A DNA stretch of 53,334 bases, from contig NW_021833908.1 in the NCBI RefSeq assembly GCF_006345805.1, forward strand, positions 1 to 53,334. Direction: 5' to 3'. The notes under the pieces were generated by a model. The model saw nothing but the letters and a program-made list of their open reading frames with translations. It ran no database searches and was not told the DNA's origin. Every line of letters starts with the position of its first letter. Positions within the stretch are counted from its first letter, which is position 1. Below are positions 12,247-24,271 of this stretch, piece after piece. Source of the stretch: Octopus sinensis (taxonomy: Eukaryota). Made by a program: the position numbers and the translations under genes.

Positions 12247-13564
12247 AGGTTGGGACTGATATATATATAACCCAAAAACCTTACACGTCGATGTTGTCTT
12301 ATCACTTCACATCCTATCTTTTATTTTACGAAATGCCAACGAATCAAAGCGGTTATTCTTTTCTGTTTCATTGGTTAAATATCACCTCATTGTGTTCCGT
12401 CGCTCCTTTACAGTAACCAATATTTATTGAGTATTAATCATATTAATTTGTGTCGCTGTTTCTTTCAGTGATACTAAATTCGGATTAGAAAAGAATATAA
12501 ATTAGGAAACACCACGGCAACCTAGTCTGACGTGTTCATCAGGCGATCCGACACAGCTCTTGTAATATATTTAGTGTAAGTACTAATTTAATGTTGTGAA
12601 AACATTAATTTCTGTCACAAGGCAAACAAACGGAAGGCAAAGGTGACTGTATCATACGATACATGATTCGAGAAGTGGTGCCAGGGAACGAAGAAAGGCG
12701 GTTCAACCGATATTTTATGATGTTTAAAGAAGATAACAACTTTTAGTCACTTTGGTCCTTTGTAGTTTATGTTAGGTTAAGTGACATAAGGATAGACTAG
12801 TTAGTACATTGTGTGTGTGTGTGTGTGTGTACCTGCGTACGCATGTGTATATGAGTATGTGTGCGAGCCTGCACTTTAAAGTAATTTAAATAATACATAC
12901 ATACATGCAAACATATATGCAAACATATACATAAATAATAATCATGGATAAAATCTTTATAAGATTTTATCGAGTATCCAGCATGTAATAAACCACATAG
13001 GTAACAATTAATACAAGTAAATATAATTATATAAATATAATTATAATAATAAGGGTATTAATGAAAAGCGCCACATGCTAGAAATAGATGCCAACTGGCT
13101 CTAAGGACTACAATTTATTTACTCCATTAGTATGGAGTGAAAGCGAGGAAAGTGAATAGAAAATATTTTTTAAAAGTTTAACCATAAATCGATTTCTAGT
13201 TTAGGGATGTAAAATCTTCTAGCCTTCATGAATATGGTATGACAAATTGTTCATAATTATAAACATTTATACATACCAATACGAATAACTTGTATTCATA
13301 AGCATATATACAAACGTTCACATTTATGTACGAGCTAAATCTAATTTATCCACCTCAAACACGTGCATATACGGCTGAAAATAATACCGCAGTGAATATT
13401 TCGGTCGGAGCAATTTGAATTTATTTATTTAATTATCGAGGATAAAAACTTTATTACATATATATATATATATGTCGGTATGTATGTATATACCTACCTA
13501 CATACACACACATATGTAAATATATATACATGTAAATACACGTATAAATATTTACATCTACATC

Positions 13565-13653
<89 letters not shown>

Positions 13654-14923
13654 GAGGGGAAGAGAGAGAGAGAGAGGGAGAAGTTTCTTTTAGATTTGAT
13701 TTTGTCAACCCATTGAAATTCATTACAAAGCATTTTTCTTTTTTCATTTTTCTCTCTTCCTTCTCTTTCCTTTTTCATTGTATCAACATATTTGTAAATA
13801 AACTCATCTTCTCACAAGGGCTGGTGACTTTTCAAAATGTCGATTTTACGAATTAGGATGGGAAAGATAAGAAAAGAGGGAAGGATGTGGTCATCACTGA
13901 AAAATATAAAAAGAGTTCAAAGTCCTATGAAAATGAACATTCCTTTACACTTGTATAGCCAAGTCTAATATTCTGTGTAATTCCATGTTTTGCAAGAACA
14001 AACATTAAATGTTAGTACAACATTAATAAATTAGGAAAATAGAGGCAGAATACGAAAAAATAATTTGAGTTCGGTACTGTTCTCTATGTGCATTGAATCA
14101 AGCCTGTTTAAATATATTTTTGAGTATCTTTCATTCTTTTGTAGGGTTTATTTTTCGACTAAAGTGAAAGTAAAATCTCTCCTACCTCACTCACACACAC
14201 TCTATTGAACAAAACCACACTTGTATGAGAACGATAAGATAAAACACACACAAAAAAGACTAATTATTATATAACAAGTAACACTGGAGATATAATACGA
14301 TATCACTTTAATATTGACGTGGTATCAATCGACAAATAGGGGTTAATCCCACTCCTATCATCTTGAACACTTCACGGCCTACTTGAGAAGATATGAAAGA
14401 CGCCAACTCAACTTGGATAAAACCACTCTACACTAAGATTGCATCATAAAGAAAACTACCGCCTTCATAGGCGATTACGATGTTTGAAAGAGGTTAATTA
14501 TAAAAACAAATAAACTCCAGCTTTTGATGACTAAATACATGTTTGTCCCGTGTCTGACCTCACGTTCACCAGTTTTTAGATATGGAGCAGGCAACAGGTT
14601 TGCTGTGAGCAATCTGTCTTGTGTCTGACATCACGTCCGCCAAAACTTGAGACATGAAGAAGCAGACGACAGGTTTGTTCTGAACACCTGAGTGTCATTA
14701 TCGGTTAAACAGCAAATGAATTTTGGAGGGAAATGGTGGGAGACAAATACTTTGAGTGCCTGTATAACTGTCTGTTTGCAGATACCACTGCATTGCTGTT
14801 GGAGTTAGTTTGCCTACAAGCCGATAAATACGGTCGATAACCGACAGATTTTTAAAATATTTTTTCTAACTAAACACTTTCAAACTTCGTATACTGGTAG
14901 AATATGTCATATAAAACATCTTT

Positions 14924-15399
14924 GGATCTTTTCGGTTTGAACGGCAGTTTTTAAAAATAATTTCCACGTAACTAAACACTTTTAAACTTCGTATACTGGT
15001 AGAATGTGTTTATAAAACATCTTTTTCTCTTGGCTTTATTGAGAAAATTCTATAGTTTGTAAGATATTTGTTGTTGTTTTTTCTTTAATTTCTGCAATTT
15101 CAACCAATCAATGACGTCTATTGGGGTGAAAACATTCTGTGCCGTATGAATATGTCCCTCGTTTAAGAAACAGATTGGGTTTATATACATTTTTGAAGAA
15201 AAAAAGATACCCGTCCAACAACCCCACCCCTAACCCTAACCCTAACTAACCCCAACTAACCCCAACTAACTCTAACTAACCCTAACTCTAACTCTAAAAC
15301 AGATTGAAATACAATAGATCAATACTAGGGTCACAATTATGGGTGACAATTTCATATGACATCGCTAGAAAAAAACTGCCGTTCAAACCGAAAAGAACC
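14924..15399. mobile_element. MITE with ~29-bp TIRs (GGATCTTTTCGGTTTGAACGGCAGTTTTT) and an 8-bp TSD; Merlin- or hAT-like
   Basis: Inverted termini at 14924 and 15399. The TSD ACATCTTT is at 14916-14923 and 15400-15407. An internal CCCTAA-like run is present. Confidence 0.8.
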
Positions 15400-16094
15400 A
15401 CATCTTTTATTCTTGCCGTCGTTGAGAAAAATTCTGTATTTTGGAAGTTATTTTTTGTTAAAGTTGTCGTATTTCGGTCATTTCAACCAATCAATGAAGT
15501 GTATTCAGCAGAATAAAATTACTGCTGATGTTTGTCAACAACAACTTCCGGATATACAAAGTGTAGATCTGTCAAACTGAATTTTTGTTTGCTTTTACTT
15601 TTCCTTCTTTTTTTTTCCTATCACTACCCTACGCGCGTAAGCAAAAGCAGGGTATTTTAATCACTCGTCTTTGTTTGTCTGCGTGTTTCCAAATTTACTG
15701 GAAAACGGCTGAACGAACTTTCACCACGTTTGGCAGAAATACTCATTGGATGAGTGGTTCGAAATGATGAACATTTGATTTGATTATAGAAAAAAAAAAA
15801 AAATTCAAAACTCGAAATTACAATTTTCCCGATAAGCAAATGGTCATATTATTTTGTTCACTTTCTTTTTCATATGAATCGACCCTTGTCTGCGTGCGTA
15901 TAGATCATGGTGTACCTATGCGCATATACACGTGTTGGTACATGCATACATATGTATACGACTCTGTGTATATGTGTGTGTATGTGTGTGTGTCTGTGTA
16001 CTGGATCCGAGGGTTTCGTTTATTTACGTCTTGATTTCGTTATTTCACCGGAGTATAAATATAAAACCTATAATGGTGATACTAAAGAAAAAGA

Positions 16095-16645
16095 ATTACA
16101 CCGACCCCAGTTTTTCATTGGTACTGAATTTATCGGCAGAAGCGTAGCTAGGGTGGAGCAAGCAGCATACATGCCCTGGGCGCCATTTTGATGGGGCGCA
16201 ATTTTGGCCAAGATCGTTTTGGTTGCTGGGGGGGGGGGCAATTTTGATGCTTGCCCTGGGCACTATTTACCCTAGCTACGCCCCTGTTTATCGACCCCGA
16301 AAGGATGAGAGACAAAGTCAAAGTCAGCAGAATTTGAACTCAGAATATGAAGACGGATGAAATGTCGCTAAGTAGTTTTTCCGGCATGCTAACGATTATG
16401 TCCCCTCGCTGCCTCATTAACTCCTTAATGATCCTTTATACTAGAGGCACAAGGACTGAAATTTTTGGGGAAGGGACTAGTCGATTAGATCGACACCAGT
16501 ATGCAACTGGTACTTAATTCATTGATCCTGAAAGGATGAAAAGCAAAGTCAACCTTGGCGGAATTTGAACTCAGAATGCAGCGACAGACGAAGGACCACT
16601 AATCATTTCATCCTGCGTGCTAACGATTCTGCCAACTTTCCGTCT
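16095..16645 (-). mobile_element. two adjacent family 2 SINE copies (the first interrupted by the hAT MITE)
   Basis: gaaaggatga-a-gcaaagtc-acct-ggcggaatttgaactcagaat occurs twice (about 16298 and 16530). Confidence 0.75.
16137..16286. mobile_element. hAT-like MITE inserted into a family 2 SINE
   Basis: TIRs CAG(AA/GG)GCGTAGCTAGGGT. 8-bp TSD TTTATCG(G/A). The flanks rejoin as the SINE sequence gtact..tttatcgaccccgaaaggatga. Confidence 0.8.
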
Positions 16646-16685
16646 TATTGACTCTTTAATACTAAAACTATATCTTTATTTATTT

Positions 16686-16978
16686 ATGCGCCCTTTTCAA
16701 GCCTAGCCAGGCTCATGGGTTTCTGTGGCGTATGTGTTCCCCCCAGCTGGACGGGACGCCAGTCCATCGCAGCGTAACTTAGGAAACAGGAAGAGAGAGT
16801 GAGAGAAAGTTGGGGTGAAAGAGTACAACAGGGGTCGCCACCAACCCCCTGCCGGAGCCTCGTGGAGCTTTAGGTGTTTTCGCTCAATAAACACACACAA
16901 CGCTCGGTCTGGGTATCGAAACCACGATCCTCCTACCGCGAGTCCACTGCCCTAACCACTGAGCCATTGCGCCTCCAC
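16686..16978 (-). mobile_element. chimeric tRNA(Arg-like) SINE: family 4 head and body with the family 3 tail
   Basis: The head gtggaggcgcaatggctcagtggttagggcagtggactcgcggt matches 19581. The tail gcgatggactggcgtcccgtccagctg...cctggctaggctt matches 3649-3740. Confidence 0.8.
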
Positions 16979-17552
16979 ACTATAACTATACCCGTATCCT
17001 TAAACAACAAGACCCTTCTGGCTGCCTTTCTGTCATTTACCCGGCTGTCCTCCTTTAACAAAAGTCGCAATATATGTCAAAGCACCAAAATTTTGGGTCT
17101 CAGCTTATTTATTCCATTATTCCATAATTCTATGGGACCGGAATATTTGTAGACAAGGGAAGAATAAAAAATGACGGCTTGACACGTTATAACCGTGTGA
17201 AAGTTATTGATATTAGAAATATAACGTCAAAGTACTAAATGTCTTTAAGCTGCGTCTCTGTCTCTCAGCCTTGAAAGAAAACCATTTGTTCAGGGCTTAG
17301 AAATAACGGTGAATAGCTTGATAAAGAAGATTGATCAGGGTTTGAACTGGTTCTATTATGCTCCGTTTGGAGGGCTTAACTGTTCGCTTGTTTTCATTAT
17401 TTTTAGGTTTCTATTAAAATATTTTTGTGAACATTGGGCGCGGCAATTTATTGAATTAGATAAAGTCAATATTGGTTTTGATACATACCAAAGCACTGTA
17501 AATATTCGTATAGGACCGTGTGAAACGCGAACACTCAGACAACAACAACGGA

Positions 17553-17742
17553 GTGGAGGCGCATTGGCCCAGTGGTTAGGGTAGCGGACTCGCGGTCGTA
17601 AGAACGCGGTTTCCATTCCCAGACCGGGCGTTGTGTGTGTTTATTAAGCAAAATCACCTAAGCTCCACGAGGCTCCGGCGGGATGGGGGTGGTGAATCCC
17701 GCTGTACCCGTTCACCCCAACTTTCTCTCACTCTTTCTTCCT
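17553..17742 (+). mobile_element. family 4 tRNA-derived SINE, 3'-truncated
   Basis: gtggaggcgcattggcccagtggttagggtagcggactcgcggt...aagctccacgaggctccggc. Confidence 0.8.
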
Positions 17743-18313
17743 ACTTCTGTCACAAAGCAGAGGAATCATAGTGTAACCCACTATGGTGTGGTAAAACTTA
17801 CAGACTCTAGTTTAGATTGTGAATCCTCTGTACCCCAGGATGTTTCAGCTAGCCACCCGTTAAAAGCCACCGTTTACGAAATGAGGATAACAACGTAGCT
17901 TTCGCGTCCATGCAACTGCCAGTCTACCGCGTGTGGTGGGTGGATCTTCAAGTTGCCACACGCATTCTTAGTAGCTTAGAGTAGGCTCGAATTAGAGGTT
18001 ATTCTTTGTAGCTAATGGCGTGAGTCCTGATTGGAAGAAGAAGACAACAATGCAAACGTACAAGTGTATGTGCATGTGTGTATGTATATATATATATATA
18101 GAGAGAGAGACAGACAGACAGACAGAGAGAGAGAGAGAGAAGCAGAAAGATACATATATAGAGTGCAATAGGTAAATTGTCACCATTTTATATTTATATT
18201 TCGCGCATGCGCATTACTTGATTTTAATTTTATCGACTACACAGTATAGTAGGGTCAGCTGGGCACGGTCTGTGAGAAAAACAGCACCATGACGCAATTC
18301 ACTCTGCAGAAAT

Positions 18314-19440
18314 TTGGAAATGACGCGCTGTACTGATGGGCCGGGAGCTTTTCCTGGCTTCATTCCCTTAATTGCCTTAACTACTACGGAACTATCTATA
18401 CGGATAGATGGTCCTTCTACTGGGTCAACATTTGGCAGGCTCTCCTCCTCCCACTCATTCTCCACATTCAGCAGTCTCACATAGTGGCTTCTCCAAGCCT
18501 TTTTCTTTTCAGAATCACAAAAAGCAAGTCTCCCATCATCCATTCGAACACATTTCTCCCCAGTGACATCACAATTTTCTCTCACACACTGTCTTGCAAT
18601 CCGAAATACCTCAGTTCATTGGTCCTCACGTCTCTGGACATTGGCAAACTTCTTCTTTTCCGCTACGCTCTTGGCTATGTATACCTGCCGCCTAGCCTCC
18701 CTTCTGACTACCTGGTACCGTTCCCTGCTACCCCCATCCTTCCAGGCTTTCCAGGCCTGTTTCTTTGCCCTGATGGCCTTGTCTACTGTACTATTCCACC
18801 ACCACGTAACTCTAGGTCTGGAAGGGACTTTGCACCAGCCACAGACCTGGTCTGTGGCGCTCAGCAAGCTGTCCCGTAGGAATTTCCAACTACCTTCTAT
18901 GTCCGATGTCTGTAGCTCCTCCTCCCTCTCCTCAAATTTCTTGATGAGGATGTCCCTAAATCTCTGACCATGTGAAGGGTTCTTTAGCTTCCAAATCCTT
19001 CTTTTTTGGATTGATTTGCTTCTCGGTAGCCTTCTGGCCTCGAGCCTAAAGTCACTAATGACTAGCCTATGCTGGGGGGTACATTCTTCACCCGGGAGGG
19101 TCTTTGCATTTAACAGCAACCCTGCGTCCCGCTGTCTGGTGAGGATGAAATCAATCTAGCTAGAAAAGTCCCCTGATTGATAGGTTACCAGGTGGCTGTC
19201 TGGCTTCCTGAAGTTAGTGTTGCAGATTAGAAGGTTACATGCATCACAGAATTCTAGTAGCCTAGTTCCCTCATCGTTTCGAGTGCCAATACCACAGCCA
19301 CCGTGTACCCCAGTGAAGATACCTGCTTCCTGCCCGACATGCCCATTAAAGTCTCCAGCCACAAAGATGAGGTCATTGCCACTCGTCTTTGAGGTAGCCT
19401 GTAGAAGGGTGTCATAAAAGTGGTCCTTCTGATCATTTCT
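18314..19440 (-). pseudogene. RTE-clade LINE ORF fragment (APE endonuclease C-half, linker, start of RT) with two in-frame stops
   Basis: One reading frame: AGDFNGHVG...RNDEGTRLLEFC..NTNFRK..S*IDFIL...TPQHRLVISDF...REDQ*...MKPGKAPGPS. The three listed ORFs are in the same frame. Confidence 0.9.
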
Positions 19441-19580
19441 AGAATTCCCACTGTTTAATTCCACTTCTATTAGAATATCGTCCCAAAGCAAACTTGCTTG
19501 TTCGTGGCGCTAAACTCGCTTCCGGTTGCAGCTTACTGTTTAAAAACCCTTAGTCTCATTGTGCTTCCTCCATTCCTTTA

Positions 19581-19966
19581 GTGGAGGCGCAATGGCCCAG
19601 TGGTTAGGGCAGCGGACTCGCGGTCATAGGATCGCGGTTTCGATTCCCAGACCGGGCGTTGTGAGAGTTTCTTGAGCGAAAACACCTAAAAGCTCCACGA
19701 GGCTCCGGCAGGGGATGGTGGTGATCCCTGCTGTACTCTTTCACCACAACTTTCTCTCACTCTTACTTCCTGTTTCTGTTGTACCTGTATTTCAAAGGGC
19801 CGACCTTGTCACTCTCTGTGTCACGCTGAATATCCCCGAGAACTACGTTAAGAGTACACGTGTCTGTGGAGTGCACAGCCACTTACACGTTAATTTCACG
19901 AGAAGGCTGTTCCGTTGATTCGGATCAACCGGAACCCTCGTCGTCGTAACCGACGGAGTGCTTCCA
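19581..19966 (+). mobile_element. family 4 tRNA(Arg-like) SINE, full length, with TSD
   Basis: A box TGGCCCAGTGG and B box GGTTTCGATTCC. ccattccttta is duplicated at 19570-19580 and 19967-19977. Confidence 0.9.
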
Positions 19967-20239
19967 CCATTCCTTTACCGAACGATGTCCGAGACGCTGA
20001 GCTAAGACTATTTCTTTCTTCTATCTCATTTTCCCATTCCTGGTTTCATTTCGCCGTTAATACCTTAAATGTTTAATTACTAATCAGCTTGTATGTTTCT
20101 TTTTTCTACCAAGTGTTAATTATCGGCAATGCCCCTCCCCCACAAGATAAAATTAATTTCTAGAATTTCGTTAAGTAAATAATTCGTTCCCCCACTGTTT
20201 AATTCCTTTTCTATTAGAATATCGTCCCAAAGCAAACTT

Positions 20240-20289
<50 letters not shown>

Positions 20290-20342
20290 CTCTCTCTCTC
20301 GCACTCTCTGTCATACTCTCTCTCTCACTCTCTCTTTCCCTC

Positions 20343-20382
<40 letters not shown>

Positions 20383-20612
20383 AGATATATATATATGATA
20401 GATATATGATAGATATATAGATATATGATAGATAGATATATGATAGATAGATAGATAGATAACTTTTTATTGTAGCCACACAGGGCTAAACACAGAATAA
20501 AAATGGACGAAATACAATGTAGAATTTTTCTTTTCGAGGTGGGATGGGTGGGGCACAAAAAAAAACACGTTTGATCAATAGGGATCTGTCGGTTGTGTGG
20601 TGTATAAAAAGG

Positions 20613-20649
<37 letters not shown>

Positions 20650-20764
20650 TCACAGTTTAGGTGTAGCCTTGGAAAGGAAAACCTACAAAAAGACCAAGGT
20701 CACCTCAGACAATTCGAAAAAGAACACATGAGTAAGTCGCCTTACTGCTCGTTGTCTCTTTTGG

Positions 20765-21439
20765 TTACAGATTTATGCTTAAAATAGTGTCGTCTTTCAT
20801 ACTGACCATTTTTGCCACTTTTACCCACTTTTTATTAAAACATTCGTTCGACAAAGCCTTCCTCTCTATTCTCATCCTCCTTTTCAAGTGGTGCTTGAAA
20901 AAGTTGACGAGAGACTGACCAGAGAGGAAGGTGTTTGTTTGCAGTCCTTTCAAACGCGTCCACCACACACATTCTTTCGCCATAGCCATCAGCGTAACGA
21001 AAACCGTTTTCCCTTCCCGTTTAAAGGAAGGTGGTGGAACAATAATCACGATAGACTCGGCCGATAGGCGAGTCCGACCTACACGTGACAACAGCTGTTC
21101 GACGAAGGACCACAGCTCTGAAATATCTGGACACTGCACGAGTGCGTGCAGAACGGTTTCGTCGCTCTGACCGCATCTCGGGCAGGTCGGTCCGGTGATG
21201 GTTTTCGAACCGTGTCTGTAGCTCTTCTCTCGAACAGGTAGTGCGTCTCGATAGCACTGCCAAGCCAGGGATTTCTAGAAGTTATCCATAGGCCCCGGCC
21301 CGAACGTCGTCCTGAACAGGCGGGTTAGGAATTCTTCGTCGACGCCCAGATTTGCCCCGAGTGTGTCGTCGGACCTCCCCTCCACTAGTCCTCTATAGAA
21401 CGCTTTAGTCGTTTATAAGTTGCACAAGTTTGACCCCGG
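20765..21439 (-). pseudogene. in-frame C-terminal continuation of Tx1 ORF2 with a zinc knuckle, interrupted by stops
   Basis: Same frame as 24214. After the TGA at 21440 there are two more stops (TAA, TAG), then CPRCGQSDETVLHALVQCP. The original ORF2 was about 1149 aa. Confidence 0.85.
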
Positions 21440-24214
21440 TCAGCAGAGCTGCTGTAGAGCTTGGCGACACTCTCGGTGCCAATCGCCCAGTTTCGGTCTC
21501 TTTTTGATCCACGTTTGCAGTTCGGTCAGTGAGACGAGCTGCGGGAAGTCGCGCCTCACAAACGGCGCCCACACCTGTTCACCGTCGTCGATGAATTTCC
21601 AGAGATGTCGCAGTCTCAGCGCATGCCTGCGCATCATCAACCACGGCATGCCCAGTCCTCCATTCAACGGATGTTGACAGCAAATGGACTTCCTCACCAT
21701 CGGAACGCCACCCTTCCACAGGAAGCGGAAGAGTATGCGTTCCAGTTTGGTGATGGTGGCGTCGGGACAAGGTACGACGGTCAGGCGGTAATCGATGACG
21801 GATGCGATGTACGCGTTCGCCACCTCCGCCCGGCCTTTTAGAGACAGCTTTCTCTCGGCCCATGTTTGGCTGAGAGCGACCACTCTACTCGTGATCTCGT
21901 CCCAGTTCTTATCCATTTGGAGGTCCGGACTGAACCAGACCCCGAGCAATTTAACCGGTCCGTCCGTCCAGCGTCCCACTACTGAGCTGCAGTCGGACGG
22001 CATGGGCTTGCTTCTCCAGGTGCCGAGTAGCAAACCCACTGACTTTTCCGGGTTAATCTTTGCTCCCGTCACCGTTTCGTATTTTCTTAGTGTCTCGCCT
22101 TTCATCTTGATGTGTTTGTCGCTCGACACTATGACGGTGACATCGTCCGCATATGCCGACACGCTCGTCCCGCAACCCAGTTCCCGTGGGATGCCCCTCA
22201 GTGTCGCCAGCTTCCGCAGTAGCGGCTCGAGAGTCAATACATACAGAAGCGCCGACAGGGGACACCCCTGACGGACCGAACGCGTGATGTCAAACGGTTT
22301 CGACAAGTGACCGTTCACCCGAATCACCGATCGGATGCCGCTATACAAGGCAGCGATCCAACCGCGGAAGACGGGACCGAAGCCAGCCGCCCTGAGGACG
22401 GCCGCCAAGTACCGATGGTCGACCCTATCGAAGGCTTTAGACTGATCCAAAATTATCAGCGCCCCACCCATGCCAGGATCCTTAACTACCCTGTCCACAA
22501 TGTAGCGCATCAGATGGAGGTTGTCATGTATGGTTCTGCCCGGCACGGCGCATGTTTGCGCCCTGTCGACCAGTTTACCAATGACAAGCGCCAACCTCTC
22601 GGCTATTACTTTGGCCAAAATTTTCAAATCTGCGTTGAGCAGAGTGATGGGCCTGAAATTATCTATAAAACTCCCCTTGTTTGGGTCTTTCTTCAGCAAC
22701 GTCACTGCACCTCGGCTCACGAAACCGGGGATTCTCCCGTTTTGTTGCCAGTTGCAGTAGACTGATGCCAAGAGGTCGCCAAACAAGTCTGGCATTCGAC
22801 AATACAGCTCGTAGGGTAAACCATCCAATCCAGGCGACTTATCCCTCGCGCAGCCCGCCATCGCATCCCACACGTCAGCGGCTGTAATGGGACTTTCACA
22901 ACACTCCGCTTCTCTTGCCGAGAGCCGCGGCAGGTCGGTCAGGTAGGCACTGAAATCCATCCCGCGTTCCGACCCACCACTCGCACCAAACAGTCGAGCA
23001 AAGTGCTGTTGAAAGGCCTCACACATCCTTTCGGGTTCGAGTAAACTGCATCCCTGTTGATCTATTAGAGACCGAATGGTGGCTCTGTTGCCACGCTGCG
23101 CCTCCGCTACCCGGGCCTCTCGCGCAGCTTCAATCCCTTCGTTCCTTAAGGCACGCATTTTAGCTCTGACGACGCAACCTTCGTGCTTGGCGTTGAGGTG
23201 TTGGTCGAGGGCCATCCTCGCAGCCAGCACGTTGATTGCGCTGCCAGTGGTAAGTGCCTCTTCTAGTTTCTTAACCAAGTCTCCCTCTACTCTATTTCGT
23301 TTTATCGCTAATTCCTTGCTAAACCTAATTGATTCCGATTTTATTGTCATTTTCAGGGCGTACCACCAGCGGTTGTTAACGACTGCTCCCGTCAGCGCCC
23401 TCTTAATTAACTCGCTAATCCGGTTCCTGTAAACCTGTCGCGTTAACAGCGACGTGTTCAGTTTCCAGTAACCGGGACCCTGCCTATGTGTTTTATCCAA
23501 GTCGAGCGTACACGTAACAAATTTGTGATCTGTGTAGCTGACTATTTTAAATTGTGGACATCCTACACTATCCCTATCCGCTGTCCTGCATAGAATTCTA
23601 TCTAGATAAGATCTCGACGATCCGACGCGGTTTGTCCAAGTCCACGTTGGCACGTTCGGATGGTCGAGTCGGAACCTGTCAGACAAATGGAAACGTCTGA
23701 GCAGGTCTTTGAGGCTCTTACACTCCCTTCTATTCCTATCCCTTCCCACATAATCTAGATGCGTGTCCAAGGTAGCGTTCCAATCCCCTACTAACAGTAA
23801 AGGTCTAGACGTACCCAGGAAAACCTCTAGACGTCTGAAGAAATCCGCCCGACCTGTTAAGGACGGTGCATAAACTGCCATCAGACGGAATGCACACCCA
23901 TTTCTGCCATCCACGTCGAAGACAACCAGCCTACCCTCCGGGTCTAGGAATATTGCTCTTACTTTTACCTTTAGACTCTTTCGAAAAAGCACCGCAGTAC
24001 CTCCACCACCCATGTTCGGCAGACAAGGAGAAAAATAAATGTCAAATTGATTGCCAAACATGGACTCGAGGGCCCGCGGCTTACTGAGTCTGGTTTCACT
24101 GATAGCTACTATATCCACGTCCAGTGACTTGATGTCGTTTAGAAGGTAACCTTGCTTCCAAGCCGACGCCAAGCCACGCGCATTCACACAACCTAATTTA
24201 AGCATACTTGACAT
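21440..24214 (-). CDS. Tx1 ORF2: apurinic-like endonuclease plus reverse transcriptase (924 aa open)
   Basis: APE motifs: GCVNARGL, ISET, GDWN, SYLDRIL, TDH. RT motifs: KSPGLDG, FRPITLLNAD, DQSKAFDRV, VRQGCPLS, YADD. Confidence 0.95.
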   Translation of the reverse strand: MSSMLKLGCVNARGLASAWKQGYLLNDIKSLDVDIVAISETRLSKPRALESMFGNQFDIYFSPCLPNMGGGGTAVLFRKSLKVKVRAIFLDPEGRLVVFDVDGRNGCAFRLMAVYAPSLTGRADFFRRLEVFLGTSRPLLLVGDWNATLDTHLDYVGRDRNRRECKSLKDLLRRFHLSDRFRLDHPNVPTWTWTNRVGSSRSYLDRILCRTADRDSVGCPQFKIVSYTDHKFVTCTLDLDKTHRQGPGYWKLNTSLLTRQVYRNRISELIKRALTGAVVNNRWWYALKMTIKSESIRFSKELAIKRNRVEGDLVKKLEEALTTGSAINVLAARMALDQHLNAKHEGCVVRAKMRALRNEGIEAAREARVAEAQRGNRATIRSLIDQQGCSLLEPERMCEAFQQHFARLFGASGGSERGMDFSAYLTDLPRLSAREAECCESPITAADVWDAMAGCARDKSPGLDGLPYELYCRMPDLFGDLLASVYCNWQQNGRIPGFVSRGAVTLLKKDPNKGSFIDNFRPITLLNADLKILAKVIAERLALVIGKLVDRAQTCAVPGRTIHDNLHLMRYIVDRVVKDPGMGGALIILDQSKAFDRVDHRYLAAVLRAAGFGPVFRGWIAALYSGIRSVIRVNGHLSKPFDITRSVRQGCPLSALLYVLTLEPLLRKLATLRGIPRELGCGTSVSAYADDVTVIVSSDKHIKMKGETLRKYETVTGAKINPEKSVGLLLGTWRSKPMPSDCSSVVGRWTDGPVKLLGVWFSPDLQMDKNWDEITSRVVALSQTWAERKLSLKGRAEVANAYIASVIDYRLTVVPCPDATITKLERILFRFLWKGGVPMVRKSICCQHPLNGGLGMPWLMMRRHALRLRHLWKFIDDGEQVWAPFVRRDFPQLVSLTELQTWIKKRPKLGDWHRECRQALQQLC

Positions 24215-24271
24215 TTACGAAAATTGTGTTTTTCACACTACATTAGAAGAGACAAGAAGCAAGAAGGGAGG

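Noticed and set aside
11485-15300. (TTAGGG)n suggesting a telomere or chromosome fusion site
   Set aside because: Only 2-3 perfect units, and they are internal to a MITE family.
18214-18313. C-terminal tail of the 123-aa ORF (VQRVISKF...)
   Set aside because: RTE homology ends at GPS (about 18314). The rest is unrelated flanking DNA read through by chance.
17553-19660. tRNA-Arg(TCG)-like sequences
   Set aside because: They are SINE heads continuing into SINE bodies. There is no proper acceptor stem or terminator, so they are not tRNA genes.
21420-24087. Overlapping and antisense ORFs over Tx1 ORF2
   Set aside because: Shadow ORFs of a GC-rich coding strand with no independent motifs.
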